A DNA stretch of 64,000 nucleotides from Gammaproteobacteria bacterium (lineage in GTDB: Bacteria > Pseudomonadota > Gammaproteobacteria > JABABF01). This document shows positions 41,600-51,520 of this stretch, piece after piece. Below the pieces are notes generated by a model. That model did not search any database. It saw only the letters and a program-made list of their open reading frames with translations, and had not been told where the DNA came from. Each line of letters opens with the position of its first letter. Positions within the stretch are counted from its first letter, which is position 1. The position numbers were made by a program, and so were the translations under genes. The DNA lies in contig OZ250153.1 in assembly GCA_965237805.1 (NCBI GenBank), forward strand, positions 736,001-800,000, read 5' to 3'.

Positions 41600-42769
41600 A
41601 TGAAGTTCTCGATGATCTTCGAGGCGCAAATGGTCGACACCTCGCGCGCCTCGGAACAGCAGGTCTTCATGGACTGTGTCGAGCAGGCCGTGCTGGCCGA
41701 GCAGATGGGCTTCGATGGCATCTGGGCAGTGGAGCACACCTCGCTGACCCAGTACGCCCACATGAGCGCCCCGGAAACCTTCCTCGCCTTCGTCGCTGGC
41801 AAGACCTCGCGGCTGGAGATCGGCCACGGCGTGGTCTGCCTGCCGCCGGCAATGAATCACCCGATCAAGGTGGCCGAGCGTATCGCCACGCTGGACATCC
41901 TGAGCGGCGGGCGCGTGCAATTCGGCATGGGCAAGGGCGGCACCCAGCAGGAGGCCGGAGCCTTCGGCAATCAGCTGGAGGATCTGCAGGAGCAGGTCGA
42001 CGAGGTCATGTACCTGATCCCGCGCATGTGGGAGGAAGGCGACTTCAGCTGCGAGGGCAAGCATGTGACAGTGCCGCCGCGGCCGATCCATCCCAAGCCC
42101 TTGCAGCAGCCGCACCCGCCGCTGTACTTGGCATGCACCCGCACCGAATCGCTCTTGACCGCCGGTGGGCGCGGCCTCGGTGCACTGGTGCTGGGCTTCG
42201 GCGGGCCGGAGGACATCGCCCAGAAGAACGCCAGCTACCGCCGCGCCTTCGCCGAGCGCCGCGTCGAGGATCAGGTCGGCAAGCTGCCCACCGAGCACCT
42301 CAGCGCGCTGTGCCCGGCCATCGTGCTACCGGACGGCGAAGAGGCACGGCGTATCGGCCTGCGCGGTCAGCGTTTCTTCGCCGAGTCCATCGGTCATTGG
42401 TACAATGACGGCCCGCTGCCGAGCACTGCAGAGCTCGGCGTCGAGGAGCTCAAAGGTATTTTGGATCAGAGCCGCGAGGAGATCGTGGCCTGGCTCAACG
42501 AAGAGAAGATTCCCATCGGCAGTGAGCACACTGGCATGTACAACACCAACAACGCCTACGGCACCCCAGCAGACGCCATCACCTATGTGCAGCGCCTGAG
42601 CGACGCAGGAGCGGACGAGATCATGTTCCTGCTGCAGATGGGCACGGTACCCCACACCAAGATCATGGAGTCGATCCGACTGATCGGCGAGCGGGTGATC
42701 CCTCATTTCCGCAGTGGCGAATTCGCCGCAGCGGACGCGGCCTTGAACTTGGCTGCTGTCAGCTCATGA
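41600..42769 (+). CDS. LLM-class flavin-dependent oxidoreductase
   Basis: GFDGIWAVEH, VAERIATLDILSGGR and PKPLQQPHPP motifs. Confidence 0.92.
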   Translation: MKFSMIFEAQMVDTSRASEQQVFMDCVEQAVLAEQMGFDGIWAVEHTSLTQYAHMSAPETFLAFVAGKTSRLEIGHGVVCLPPAMNHPIKVAERIATLDILSGGRVQFGMGKGGTQQEAGAFGNQLEDLQEQVDEVMYLIPRMWEEGDFSCEGKHVTVPPRPIHPKPLQQPHPPLYLACTRTESLLTAGGRGLGALVLGFGGPEDIAQKNASYRRAFAERRVEDQVGKLPTEHLSALCPAIVLPDGEEARRIGLRGQRFFAESIGHWYNDGPLPSTAELGVEELKGILDQSREEIVAWLNEEKIPIGSEHTGMYNTNNAYGTPADAITYVQRLSDAGADEIMFLLQMGTVPHTKIMESIRLIGERVIPHFRSGEFAAADAALNLAAVSS

Positions 42770-43653
42770 GCGCGCGCGATGTCATCGGCAGCGGCAAGGT
42801 CGCTGTCGTCACCGGCGGTGCCAGCGGCATCGGCTTGGGCTTCGCCAAGCAAGCGGCGAGCGAGGGCATGGCCGTGGTGCTGGCCGACAACCGTGCCGAG
42901 CCCTTGGCCGCAGCCGAGGCCCAGCTGCAGGCGACCGGAGCCGAGACCCTCTCGCAGGTGGTCGATGTGCGCAAGCCGGAAGATCTGGAGACACTAGCGG
43001 CAGCTTGCTACGATCGCTTCGGCCAGGTGAACCTGTTGTTCAACAACGCCGGTGTGATGATGGACGGCCTCGCCTGGACCCGCTCGCTGGATGACTGGCG
43101 CTGGTGCATGGATGTGAACCTCTACGGCATCGTCAACGGCGTCAACGCCTTTGTGCCACGCATGCTGGCGCAGGGGGCACCCGCCTGGGTGGTCAACACC
43201 TCCTCGCAGGCCGGCCTGATGGCCAGCCCGGCGCTGGCCGTCTACACCGCCAGCAAGCACGCCGTGCTGGGCCTGAGCGAGTGCCTACTGTTCGACCTGC
43301 AGGGACGCGAGGCCGACATCGGTGTCTCGGTGCTGTGCCCCGGTGGCGTGGCGACCAACCTGATGCAGGATCCACAGCGACCCAAGGAATACGGCACCGA
43401 GGCCCCGCGCGAGGACAGGGGCGAGCAGGCCTTCCACAAGTTCCTGGTGAAGGGTGTGGGCACTGGCATGCCGCCCGAAGAGCACGCTGCTTTGGTTTTC
43501 GACGAGATCAAACGCGGGCTGTTCTGGCTGCTGCCACACAAGGAGTGCCTGCCGATATGCGAGGATCGCGTGCAGAGCATGGTGGATGGGAGAGTGCCGG
43601 AGTTCGGAGGCTTTCCGGATGCGCCGGATGCGGTGGTGCCGCCAGCGAAGTAA
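42766..43653 (+). CDS. Short-chain dehydrogenase/reductase
   Basis: TGGASGIG, NNAG and YTASK motifs. Confidence 0.93.
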   Translation: MSARDVIGSGKVAVVTGGASGIGLGFAKQAASEGMAVVLADNRAEPLAAAEAQLQATGAETLSQVVDVRKPEDLETLAAACYDRFGQVNLLFNNAGVMMDGLAWTRSLDDWRWCMDVNLYGIVNGVNAFVPRMLAQGAPAWVVNTSSQAGLMASPALAVYTASKHAVLGLSECLLFDLQGREADIGVSVLCPGGVATNLMQDPQRPKEYGTEAPREDRGEQAFHKFLVKGVGTGMPPEEHAALVFDEIKRGLFWLLPHKECLPICEDRVQSMVDGRVPEFGGFPDAPDAVVPPAK

Positions 43654-43667
43654 GGGGCGGGCTGCAC

Positions 43668-45872
43668 ATGGTCAAAAAATTACGCACCGGTAGCTGGGGC
43701 AGTGAAACTACTAGACGCCGCCAAGCCAAAAAAGGGAAAAGAGTTAAATCTGTTCCAGAGTTCATGCAATGGGTCACCAGCCTTCCTCCAGGAAAAGCTT
43801 ATTATTTCCGTGGCCTGCAAGACGCCAATTACCACTTGCACTCTGCGCTGTACCGCCGCATACAAGAGCACTACTCCATAGGTGACAAAAGAACATTGCC
43901 AGCCGACGGAACGAACCCACAACCTAGTGTTTCGCGACAAGCGGACAAAGATGCATTGATCAATCGACTAGAGAACCTTCAAGACCTCGCCAAAGCACGG
44001 AACTATAACCGGGAAGCCAATGGTAGAACGATGCATGACTTAGAGCTGATAGGCACATTGCAGCATCACGGAGCTGCGACTCCACTCATGGACTTCAGCA
44101 CTAACCCTCTATTGGCTCTATGGTTCGCTTGCCTGTCTCCATCCAACAAAACCGGCATGGTCTGGGCAGTAGAAACAAGTCTGTCTAACGAACCGGATGA
44201 TGGGGTCATCACGCGGCTTGGAAATCTAGAAAAAGTGGAAACAACAGCTGATCTTCTCACAGGGAAAGACGGATTGCATAGCTGGGAATCAAGATATATA
44301 AATCAACGAAGTTTTGCACAAAATTCTGTGTTTTTATTATCCTGGCCAGAGTTGGAGGAAAGAGCCGATATCGATGGAATCATTCATTGCTGCAGAATCC
44401 TAAAAAAGAGCAAGGGAAACATACTAGACTCTCTTGATAGTATCCATATTAATGCCCCACATGTATTCGATGACCTGTCTGGGTACGCTAGGGAAAATGC
44501 ACATGATAAACCGTACATGAGAAATGATAAAGAACGTGCTATATCCAACGCCATGCCATACTATAAAAATGCAGATTACAAGAAAGCATTGCAACTGATA
44601 GAAGCAGTTCCAGATGGTGATGATGATTACATGATTCTCGATTTCAAAGCAAGTCTTAAACAGGAGATTGGGGAAACAGAAGAGGCCATAGAATGCTATA
44701 AAAAAGCTATCTCGCTCAACAGGCACTCTAGCGTCACCTACTTTAAGCTGGCATTCCTACAAGCAAAACTCGGTGAGAACCAAAACGCCATCAAATCCTA
44801 TGGTCAAGCTATTTCACTCAACCCAAGTGACAGCTCAGCCTACAACAACAGAGCGAACAGCCATCTCGCACTAGGCAACAACCCAAAAGCTATGGCAGAC
44901 TTTAACAAAGCCATCGAACTCGACCCAAGTAACAGCATCGCCTACTATAATAGAGGGAACCTCAAAGTCCAACCAGACAACAACCAAGAAGCCATGCAAG
45001 AAGCCATGGAAGATTTTGACAAGGCTATCGAGCTCGACCCATATGTCAGCGCAGCCTACAACAATCGAGGCCGCCTCAACGCCCAACTAGGCAACAACCA
45101 AAAAGCTCTAGAAGATTTTGACCAAGCCGCCGAGCTTGATCCAAATTTAGGCTCAGCCTATTATAATCGCGGCATCCTCAACACCCGACTAAAGCACCCC
45201 CAAAAAGCTATGGCAGACTTTGATAAAACTATCGAGCTCGAGCCTGATTTCAGCAATGCCTACCGCGACCGAGGACTCCTTAACACCCTACTAAGAAACC
45301 ACCCAGAAGCCATGGCAGACTTTGATAAAACTATCGAACTCAATCCAAATGATAGCACCGCCTACAATACTCGAGGGCACCTCAACGCCCAACTAGGCAA
45401 CAATCCCGAAGCCATGGCAGACTTCGACAAAGCTATCGCACTCAATCCAAATTCTGACTTAGCCTACTACTACCGTGGATTTCTCCACGCCCAACTAAAT
45501 GATAACCAAGAGGCCATGGCAGACTTTAACAAGGCAATCGAACTCGATCCAAATAACAGTGGAGTCTACAATAACAGAGGTAACATCCATACCGAACTAG
45601 GTAACAACCAAGAAGCCATGAAAGATTTTGACAAGGCCATCGAACTTGATCCAAATGACGCTGCAGCCTACAGCAACCGAGGTAACCTCAACGCCTTACT
45701 AGATAAAACCCAAGAAGCCATGGCAGACTTTGACAAAGCCATCGAACTCGATCAAAATTATGCTGCAGCCTACTACAACCGAGCACAATTAAAAGAGGAA
45801 ATGGGTGACCATGCGGGTGCCCAAGGAGATCAAAAAACAGCTGAACTATTAGGGCACAACGCCGAAGACTGA
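43668..45872 (+). CDS. FRG-domain protein fused to about 12 TPR repeats
   Basis: YFRG, QHHGAATPLMDFSTNPLLALWFAC and AQNSVF, followed by 34-aa repeats; AT-rich. Confidence 0.88.
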   Translation: MVKKLRTGSWGSETTRRRQAKKGKRVKSVPEFMQWVTSLPPGKAYYFRGLQDANYHLHSALYRRIQEHYSIGDKRTLPADGTNPQPSVSRQADKDALINRLENLQDLAKARNYNREANGRTMHDLELIGTLQHHGAATPLMDFSTNPLLALWFACLSPSNKTGMVWAVETSLSNEPDDGVITRLGNLEKVETTADLLTGKDGLHSWESRYINQRSFAQNSVFLLSWPELEERADIDGIIHCCRILKKSKGNILDSLDSIHINAPHVFDDLSGYARENAHDKPYMRNDKERAISNAMPYYKNADYKKALQLIEAVPDGDDDYMILDFKASLKQEIGETEEAIECYKKAISLNRHSSVTYFKLAFLQAKLGENQNAIKSYGQAISLNPSDSSAYNNRANSHLALGNNPKAMADFNKAIELDPSNSIAYYNRGNLKVQPDNNQEAMQEAMEDFDKAIELDPYVSAAYNNRGRLNAQLGNNQKALEDFDQAAELDPNLGSAYYNRGILNTRLKHPQKAMADFDKTIELEPDFSNAYRDRGLLNTLLRNHPEAMADFDKTIELNPNDSTAYNTRGHLNAQLGNNPEAMADFDKAIALNPNSDLAYYYRGFLHAQLNDNQEAMADFNKAIELDPNNSGVYNNRGNIHTELGNNQEAMKDFDKAIELDPNDAAAYSNRGNLNALLDKTQEAMADFDKAIELDQNYAAAYYNRAQLKEEMGDHAGAQGDQKTAELLGHNAED
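44628..45860 (+). repeat. 102-bp period TPR-coding tandem repeat
   Basis: Recurrent gccatggcagactttgacaaagccatcgaact-like units. Confidence 0.9.
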
Positions 45873-46007
45873 CAAAACCAGCTTGCAACATAGCTGAATA
45901 ATCGTCTCGATCAGCTTCCCCACTCGCTATCTCTGCAGCGTGATATTATCCCCATCCCGTTTTCCATCACCAACCAGCCACTCAGCTTAGGCCTCGCAGG
46001 CCGCCCC

Positions 46008-47183
46008 ATGCCCTCCCCCTCCTCCCTCAGCCTCGACTCCATCGTCAATGCCGCCATCACCGCCAGTGGTGGCCACAGCGACTTCGGTGAGCTACCTTTC
46101 CGCGAGGGTCTAGAGCAAGCACTGAATTCACTGGAAACCGAAGCCCAGCTCAACGAAATCGGCCGCCACATCGCCCGCGATCGCATGGTGTTGCATACCA
46201 CCAATCGCCTGCTCTATGTCGCCGATCGCAAAAAGTATCCGGCAATCGCCAAGGAGCAGATCGTCAAGCCGGTATTCATCGTCGGTCTGCCGCGCACCGG
46301 CACCACCATCCTGCACGATATCCTCAGCCAAGATTCGAGCAATCGGGTGCCGATGACTTGGGAGTGTATGTTCCCCTCGCCGCCGCCCGAACGCAGCTCT
46401 TTTGGCAGCGACCTGCGCATCGCTCGGTGTCAGGCCACTTTCCCGGATGTCGAGCAGATGATCCCGGCCTTTAAGACCATGCACCCGATGGGTGCCGAGC
46501 TCTCGCAGGAATGTGTGACGCTGATGGGCGATGCCATGTGCACGCCGCTGTTCCACAACCAGTTCCGTGTGCCCAGTTACCAAGACTGGGTCGATGCCGC
46601 CGACTTCGCGCCGGTCTACGCCTTCCATCAACAGCAATTGCAGCACTTCCAATGGCACTGCTCCGGCGAGCGCTGGGTGCTAAAAACCGGTGCCCACATG
46701 TGGGGCTTGGGGCATCTGCTGCAACGCTATCCGGATGCCCGCATCGTCTTCACCCACCGCGACCCGGTCAAGTCGATGACTTCCTATGCCAGCCTGACGG
46801 CATTGGTGCGCTCAATGGGCTCGGACAGCGTCGACGGCGAGGAAATCGCCGAGGACTGGACGCGGCGCCTAGACCGTGTGCTGAACCATGCCCTCGATGT
46901 GCGCGCGCAACACGCCGCCAGCGCGGCCAAGTTCTACGAGCTGTTCTTCCCCAGCTTCCGCGGCGATCAGTTCGCCGAGGTGGAGCGTATCTACGAGGCG
47001 CTGGGCATCGAGATGAGCGGCGCGGCGGCCGATGCCATGCGCGCTTTCATCGCCGATAACCCGCAGCACAAATTCGGCAAGCACAGCTATACCGCCGCCG
47101 ACTACGGCATCCGGCCACAAGCTGTGCGCGAGACTTTCAAGCGCTATATTCAGCACTTCGATCTGGCCCCAGAGGCGGACTGA
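46008..47183 (+). CDS. Sulfotransferase family protein
   Basis: FIVGLPRTGTT (5'-PSB), WVLKT and THRDP motifs. Confidence 0.9.
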   Translation: MPSPSSLSLDSIVNAAITASGGHSDFGELPFREGLEQALNSLETEAQLNEIGRHIARDRMVLHTTNRLLYVADRKKYPAIAKEQIVKPVFIVGLPRTGTTILHDILSQDSSNRVPMTWECMFPSPPPERSSFGSDLRIARCQATFPDVEQMIPAFKTMHPMGAELSQECVTLMGDAMCTPLFHNQFRVPSYQDWVDAADFAPVYAFHQQQLQHFQWHCSGERWVLKTGAHMWGLGHLLQRYPDARIVFTHRDPVKSMTSYASLTALVRSMGSDSVDGEEIAEDWTRRLDRVLNHALDVRAQHAASAAKFYELFFPSFRGDQFAEVERIYEALGIEMSGAAADAMRAFIADNPQHKFGKHSYTAADYGIRPQAVRETFKRYIQHFDLAPEAD

Positions 47184-47241
47184 AGCCCGCCCTCACCCAC
47201 CACGGCTTCGCTCACCAGCACCGCAAGAGGACAAGTAGCCC

Positions 47242-48306
47242 ATGAGTGCGATCCCGCAGACCATGCGCGCTTGGCGCACCCACGAATACGGCCCGCCACA
47301 CGAGGCGCTGAAGCTGGATGAGGTGGATGTGCCGCCGCCCGGCGATGGCGAGCTGCTGGTCAAGGTGGAGGCCATCCCGCTCAATCTCAACGATTTGGAA
47401 CGGGTGATGGGCGGCAATATGATGGTGCGCCCGGAGCTGCCCTACAGCCCGGGCATGGAAACGCTGGGCACGGTCGTGGCCTGCGGCACGGAAGAGGATG
47501 GGCACTGGCTGGGCAAGCGGGTGGCGGCGATGCCCAAGGGTGCCCACGGCGGCTTCGCGGAATACTGCCTGTGCCCGCCGGTCTCGGCCTTCGAGATGCC
47601 CAAAGCGCTGCCCCTGCCGGGGGCGGCGGCGATGTACTTCCCCTTCCACCTGGCCTGGCTGGGGCTGTCCGAACGGGCGGCGGTGCGAGCGGGCGAGACG
47701 GTGCTGATCCACGCCGCCGCTGGCGGGGTCGGCTCGGCGGCGATTCAACTGGCGGTGCACGCTGGTGCCAAGGTCATCGCCACCGTCGGCAGCGAGGCGA
47801 AATTCGCGCTCTGTCGTGAGCTCGGTGCGGCGCGGGTCATCAACTATGACGAAGAGGATTTCGGCAAGGCGGTCATCGAAGAGACCGATGGGCGCGGTGC
47901 CGACATCGTCTTCGACAATGTCGGCGAGGCGGTGCTGGAAAAATCGCTGGCCGCCATCGCCTACAACGGTCGCTATGTCATGATGGGCTTCGCCTCCGGC
48001 AAGGCCGTCGCCGACGAGAAGTTCTTGGTGCCGCGTCGCTTGGCGCTCAGCAACATCAAGCTGTGCACGGTGCTGCTGGCCTACGCCGACGAGGCCACCA
48101 ACACTTTCCTCAAGAACGCCATGGGCTGGAACTTCGTGCCCGAGGCCTTGGGTCGGCGCATGCACGGCGACATCCTCAAGCTGCTCGCAGCCGGAGCCAT
48201 CAAGCCGGTGGTCGGCCAGGTGGTGGACTTCACCGATGTGCCCCAAGCAGTACAGGATATGGCCGACCGCAAGACCACTGGCAAGACGGTGATCACGCTG
48301 GACTGA
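47242..48306 (+). CDS. NADPH:quinone oxidoreductase (MDR family)
   Basis: LPYSPGME, HAAAGGVG and DIVFDNVG motifs. Confidence 0.9.
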   Translation: MSAIPQTMRAWRTHEYGPPHEALKLDEVDVPPPGDGELLVKVEAIPLNLNDLERVMGGNMMVRPELPYSPGMETLGTVVACGTEEDGHWLGKRVAAMPKGAHGGFAEYCLCPPVSAFEMPKALPLPGAAAMYFPFHLAWLGLSERAAVRAGETVLIHAAAGGVGSAAIQLAVHAGAKVIATVGSEAKFALCRELGAARVINYDEEDFGKAVIEETDGRGADIVFDNVGEAVLEKSLAAIAYNGRYVMMGFASGKAVADEKFLVPRRLALSNIKLCTVLLAYADEATNTFLKNAMGWNFVPEALGRRMHGDILKLLAAGAIKPVVGQVVDFTDVPQAVQDMADRKTTGKTVITLD

Positions 48307-48446
48307 GCGGCAGCTGTAGTGCGCCCCCGCGCGCCGTGCGGGAGACCGCCCGCCAGCGTGATAACATGCCCTCCCCGGCCACCACGCCGCTCCCCAAGCC
48401 AGCCCTAGGCCGCTCCAATACGACCCGGCACACCGCGAGAATAGCA

Positions 48447-49604
48447 ATGCCCACCTTCGACGCCCAACCCTTCCGCATCGCTGTCTCCGACGAGCAGCTC
48501 GCCGACCTCCACCGGCGGCTGGATCACACCCGCTGGCCCGCCGTGCAGGTCAATGACGAGAACTGGAGCTACGGCACCGATCTCGATTACCTCAAGGATT
48601 TCTGCCGCTACTGGCGACATGAATACGACTGGCGCACCCGCGAGGCGGCCATCAACCGCTTCGATCAGTTCCTCGCCACGGTGGACGGGCAACAGCTGCA
48701 CTTCATCCACCAGCGCTCGCCGCACAAGGATGCCACGCCGATCATCATCACCCACGGCTGGCCGGGCTCCATCGTCGAGTTTCTGAAGATTATCGAACCG
48801 CTCACAGAGCCGGAAAAGCACGGCGGCAGCCCCGCCGATGCCCACCATGTGGTCTGCCCCTCGCTGCCGGGCTATGCCTACTCACCCTCGGCCACCACCC
48901 CCGGCATGACTCCCAAACGCATCGCCGTCCTGCAGGCGCAGCTGATGGCCGCCCTGGGCTATGACAGCTACATCGCCCAAGGCGGTGACTGGGGTTCGAT
49001 GGTCAGCACCGAGCTGGGGCGCCAAGACCCAGAGCACTGTATCGGCGTGCACCTGAATATGGTCATCGGCATCCCCCCTGCGGACAAGGCCGACCCCAAG
49101 GCCGGGCTGTCCAAAGAGGAGCTCGCCCGGGTCGAGCGCGGCGAGGCCTTCCAGAACGATGGCATGGGCTACTTCCACATCCAGAGCACGCGCCCGCAGA
49201 CGCTGGCCTACGGCCTCACCGACTCGCCGGCTGGGCTGGCTGGCTGGCTGCTCGAGAAGTTCCGCTCGTGGAGCGACTGCGACGGCGATGTCGAGCAGAG
49301 CTACAGCCGCGATGAGCTGCTCGACAATATCGCGCTCTATTGGTTCAGCGGCTCGATCGGCTCATCGACGCGCATCTACTACGAGATGATGCACGGCGAC
49401 TTGGGCTTCGAGCGCGTCGAGGTGCCCACCGGGGCGGCGCTATTCCCAAAGGAACTGATGAACGCCCCACGAGCTTGGGCCGATGCCAGCTACAACATCG
49501 TGCACTGGCAATCCTATCCGCGCGGCGGGCACTTCGCCGCGATGGAGCAGCCCGAGCTGCTGGTCGAAGACCTGCGGAAATTCAAGCGGGTGCTGGGTCG
49601 CTGA
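48447..49604 (+). CDS. Epoxide hydrolase (microsomal-type)
   Basis: HGWPGS, QGGDWGS and GGHFAAME motifs. Confidence 0.92.
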   Translation: MPTFDAQPFRIAVSDEQLADLHRRLDHTRWPAVQVNDENWSYGTDLDYLKDFCRYWRHEYDWRTREAAINRFDQFLATVDGQQLHFIHQRSPHKDATPIIITHGWPGSIVEFLKIIEPLTEPEKHGGSPADAHHVVCPSLPGYAYSPSATTPGMTPKRIAVLQAQLMAALGYDSYIAQGGDWGSMVSTELGRQDPEHCIGVHLNMVIGIPPADKADPKAGLSKEELARVERGEAFQNDGMGYFHIQSTRPQTLAYGLTDSPAGLAGWLLEKFRSWSDCDGDVEQSYSRDELLDNIALYWFSGSIGSSTRIYYEMMHGDLGFERVEVPTGAALFPKELMNAPRAWADASYNIVHWQSYPRGGHFAAMEQPELLVEDLRKFKRVLGR

Positions 49605-49669
49605 CAGCGCCCGGACAAAAGCTGCCCCCGCCATCGTGCGGGCATGATGGGCCGCCACGATGGCAGCGC

Positions 49670-50770
49670 TCAGGGATAGCGGGCGATCGCCTCGGCGGTG
49701 AAGGGATCGATCTCGTCGGCTCGCCCCTGCTGCACTTTCAGCGCCCAGTCGGCGTCGGCCAGAAGCGCCCGCCCCACCGCCACCAAATCGAACTCCGCAC
49801 GCTCGAGGCGCTCCATCAGCTGGTCGAGGGAGGCGACACTGGCCGCCCGGAAAGAGGTGGAATCCAGCCCCACACTGCCCACCGTAATCGCCGGAAGACC
49901 GCTGAGCTTGCGCAGCCAGCCGGCGAAATTGAGCGGGGAATCCTCGAAGGCTGGCTCCCAGTAACGCCGCGTGCTGCCGTGCAATAAATCGACCCCGGCC
50001 TCGACCAGCGGCTCGATCAGCTGCGCCAGCTCGGCCGGGCTGTCGACCAGCCGCGCCTCGAAGTCCTGCTGCTTCCACTGCGAGAGCCGCAGCCCCAGCG
50101 TGTGGTCTGGGCCGAGCGCGGCGCGCACCGCCGACACCACTTCGACGACGAAGCGCAAGCGGCGCTCCAAGCTGCCGCCGTAGGCATCGTCACGCCGGTT
50201 GGTCTCATGCCACAGGAACTCGTCGAGCACATAGCCGTGGGCACCGTGCAGCTCAACACCGTCGAAGCCGGCCGCCACAGCGGCGCGCGCAGACTCGGCA
50301 TAGGCATCGCACAGCGCCGCCAAGTCGGCCGGGGTGGCGATGCGAGGCGGGATGGTGTTCTTGGCATACTCGTTGAGGATGCCCGAGGGCGATATCCCCG
50401 GCACCTCGGGGTCGGGGCCCATGCCAGTCTGCCGAAAACTGCCGACATGCCACAGCTGCGCCATCATCGAGGAGCCAGCTGCGTGCACCGCGTCGACCAC
50501 CGGTCGCCAAGCCGCCACCGCATCGTCACCGAAGCAACGCGACACATGCTCGTAGCTGGCGGCGCTGGGATGGGCGATGTAGCTGCCCTCGGTAATCACC
50601 AAGCCGACGCCGCCACGGGCGCGGCTGGAGTAGTACTCCACCGCCTGCTCGGTGGGAATATCGTCGGGGCTTTGGTAGCGCGACATCGGTGCCATGACCA
50701 CCCGGTTCGGCAGCGACAGCCCGGCACCCTCGAAGGGCTGAAACAGGGCGTTGAGCGCCGCGGCGCTCAT
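49670..50770 (-). CDS. NADH:flavin oxidoreductase (old yellow enzyme family)
   Basis: NRVVMAPM, ELHGAHGY and D.YGGS motifs. Confidence 0.92.
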   Translation of the reverse strand: MSAAALNALFQPFEGAGLSLPNRVVMAPMSRYQSPDDIPTEQAVEYYSSRARGGVGLVITEGSYIAHPSAASYEHVSRCFGDDAVAAWRPVVDAVHAAGSSMMAQLWHVGSFRQTGMGPDPEVPGISPSGILNEYAKNTIPPRIATPADLAALCDAYAESARAAVAAGFDGVELHGAHGYVLDEFLWHETNRRDDAYGGSLERRLRFVVEVVSAVRAALGPDHTLGLRLSQWKQQDFEARLVDSPAELAQLIEPLVEAGVDLLHGSTRRYWEPAFEDSPLNFAGWLRKLSGLPAITVGSVGLDSTSFRAASVASLDQLMERLERAEFDLVAVGRALLADADWALKVQQGRADEIDPFTAEAIARYP

Positions 50771-50866
50771 GCGCTCAGACAGCGGAACCGCGCACTGCGG
50801 CGAACAAGGAATGCGGGCACCGGAATCGGCGCAGCGGCACAGCGGGGGAACACGGCGACTGGTCTT

Positions 50867-51520
50867 TTAGCGCACACGCACCAGCGGCGGTGCCGCACCG
50901 CGGCGCATCGTCTCCAAGAACTGCTCCGGCGGTGCTGGCGCAGCCACCTCGGGCAACCCCGCTGGCGGGTTGTCCCAGAACTCGCGCCATGAGGGCCACA
51001 GCGCATGCCAGCCACCCTCGTAGGGCTCGCGCCCCGGCCAACGCATCTTGCGGTCGCCGATCGGCGGGCTGTTGATGTCGGAGGCATACCAGTACAGCGG
51101 CAGGCGGCGGCGGAAGAACCAGCTGCCCTCGCGGCGCTCGTAGTGATCCCAGTACATCATCTGCATCAGCACCCACTCGGCACCGGTCTCGTGCTCGTTC
51201 TTGGAATAGACCACACCGCAGGCACGGTCGGCGCTCTCGAACTCGATGATGTGGCCGCCGACGTGGTGCGATGTGCCAGTGAATTGATTGCGTAGGGTGT
51301 CGTCCAGCCACAGCCGCAGCTCGGCGCGCCCGACGCGCTCCTTGCCGACACGGATGTCATCAACGAAAAGGTTGACATGGGCGTCCAAGTCGCGCATATC
51401 CAAGGACAGCGAGTAACGCGCCGCCAGCTGGCGGATGGCATCCAACGATTCGAGGCGCTCGATGCGCTCGGCCAGCGAGGCATCGGTGCCGATGCGCGGG
51501 ATGCGCTCGATCTCAGCCAT
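50867..51520 (-). CDS. NTF2/SnoaL-like (LinA/BaiE-type) protein
   Basis: IRQLAARYSLSLD.RD and YWDHYERREGSWFF motifs; overlaps SDR stop. Confidence 0.8.
   Translation of the reverse strand: MAEIERIPRIGTDASLAERIERLESLDAIRQLAARYSLSLDMRDLDAHVNLFVDDIRVGKERVGRAELRLWLDDTLRNQFTGTSHHVGGHIIEFESADRACGVVYSKNEHETGAEWVLMQMMYWDHYERREGSWFFRRRLPLYWYASDINSPPIGDRKMRWPGREPYEGGWHALWPSWREFWDNPPAGLPEVAAPAPPEQFLETMRRGAAPPLVRVR

Noticed and set aside
40714-42408. 564-aa plus-strand ORF
   Set aside because: Alternate-frame overlap of the BtuM-like and LLM genes; Arg/Pro-rich and non-protein-like
43104-43667. N-terminal 188 aa of the 922-aa ORF
   Set aside because: Off-frame overlap with the SDR; composition changes at ATG 43668
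44628-45860. CRISPR array or DGR target
   Set aside because: Repeats are in-frame 102-bp TPR units; no cas gene, reverse transcriptase or template repeat in the window
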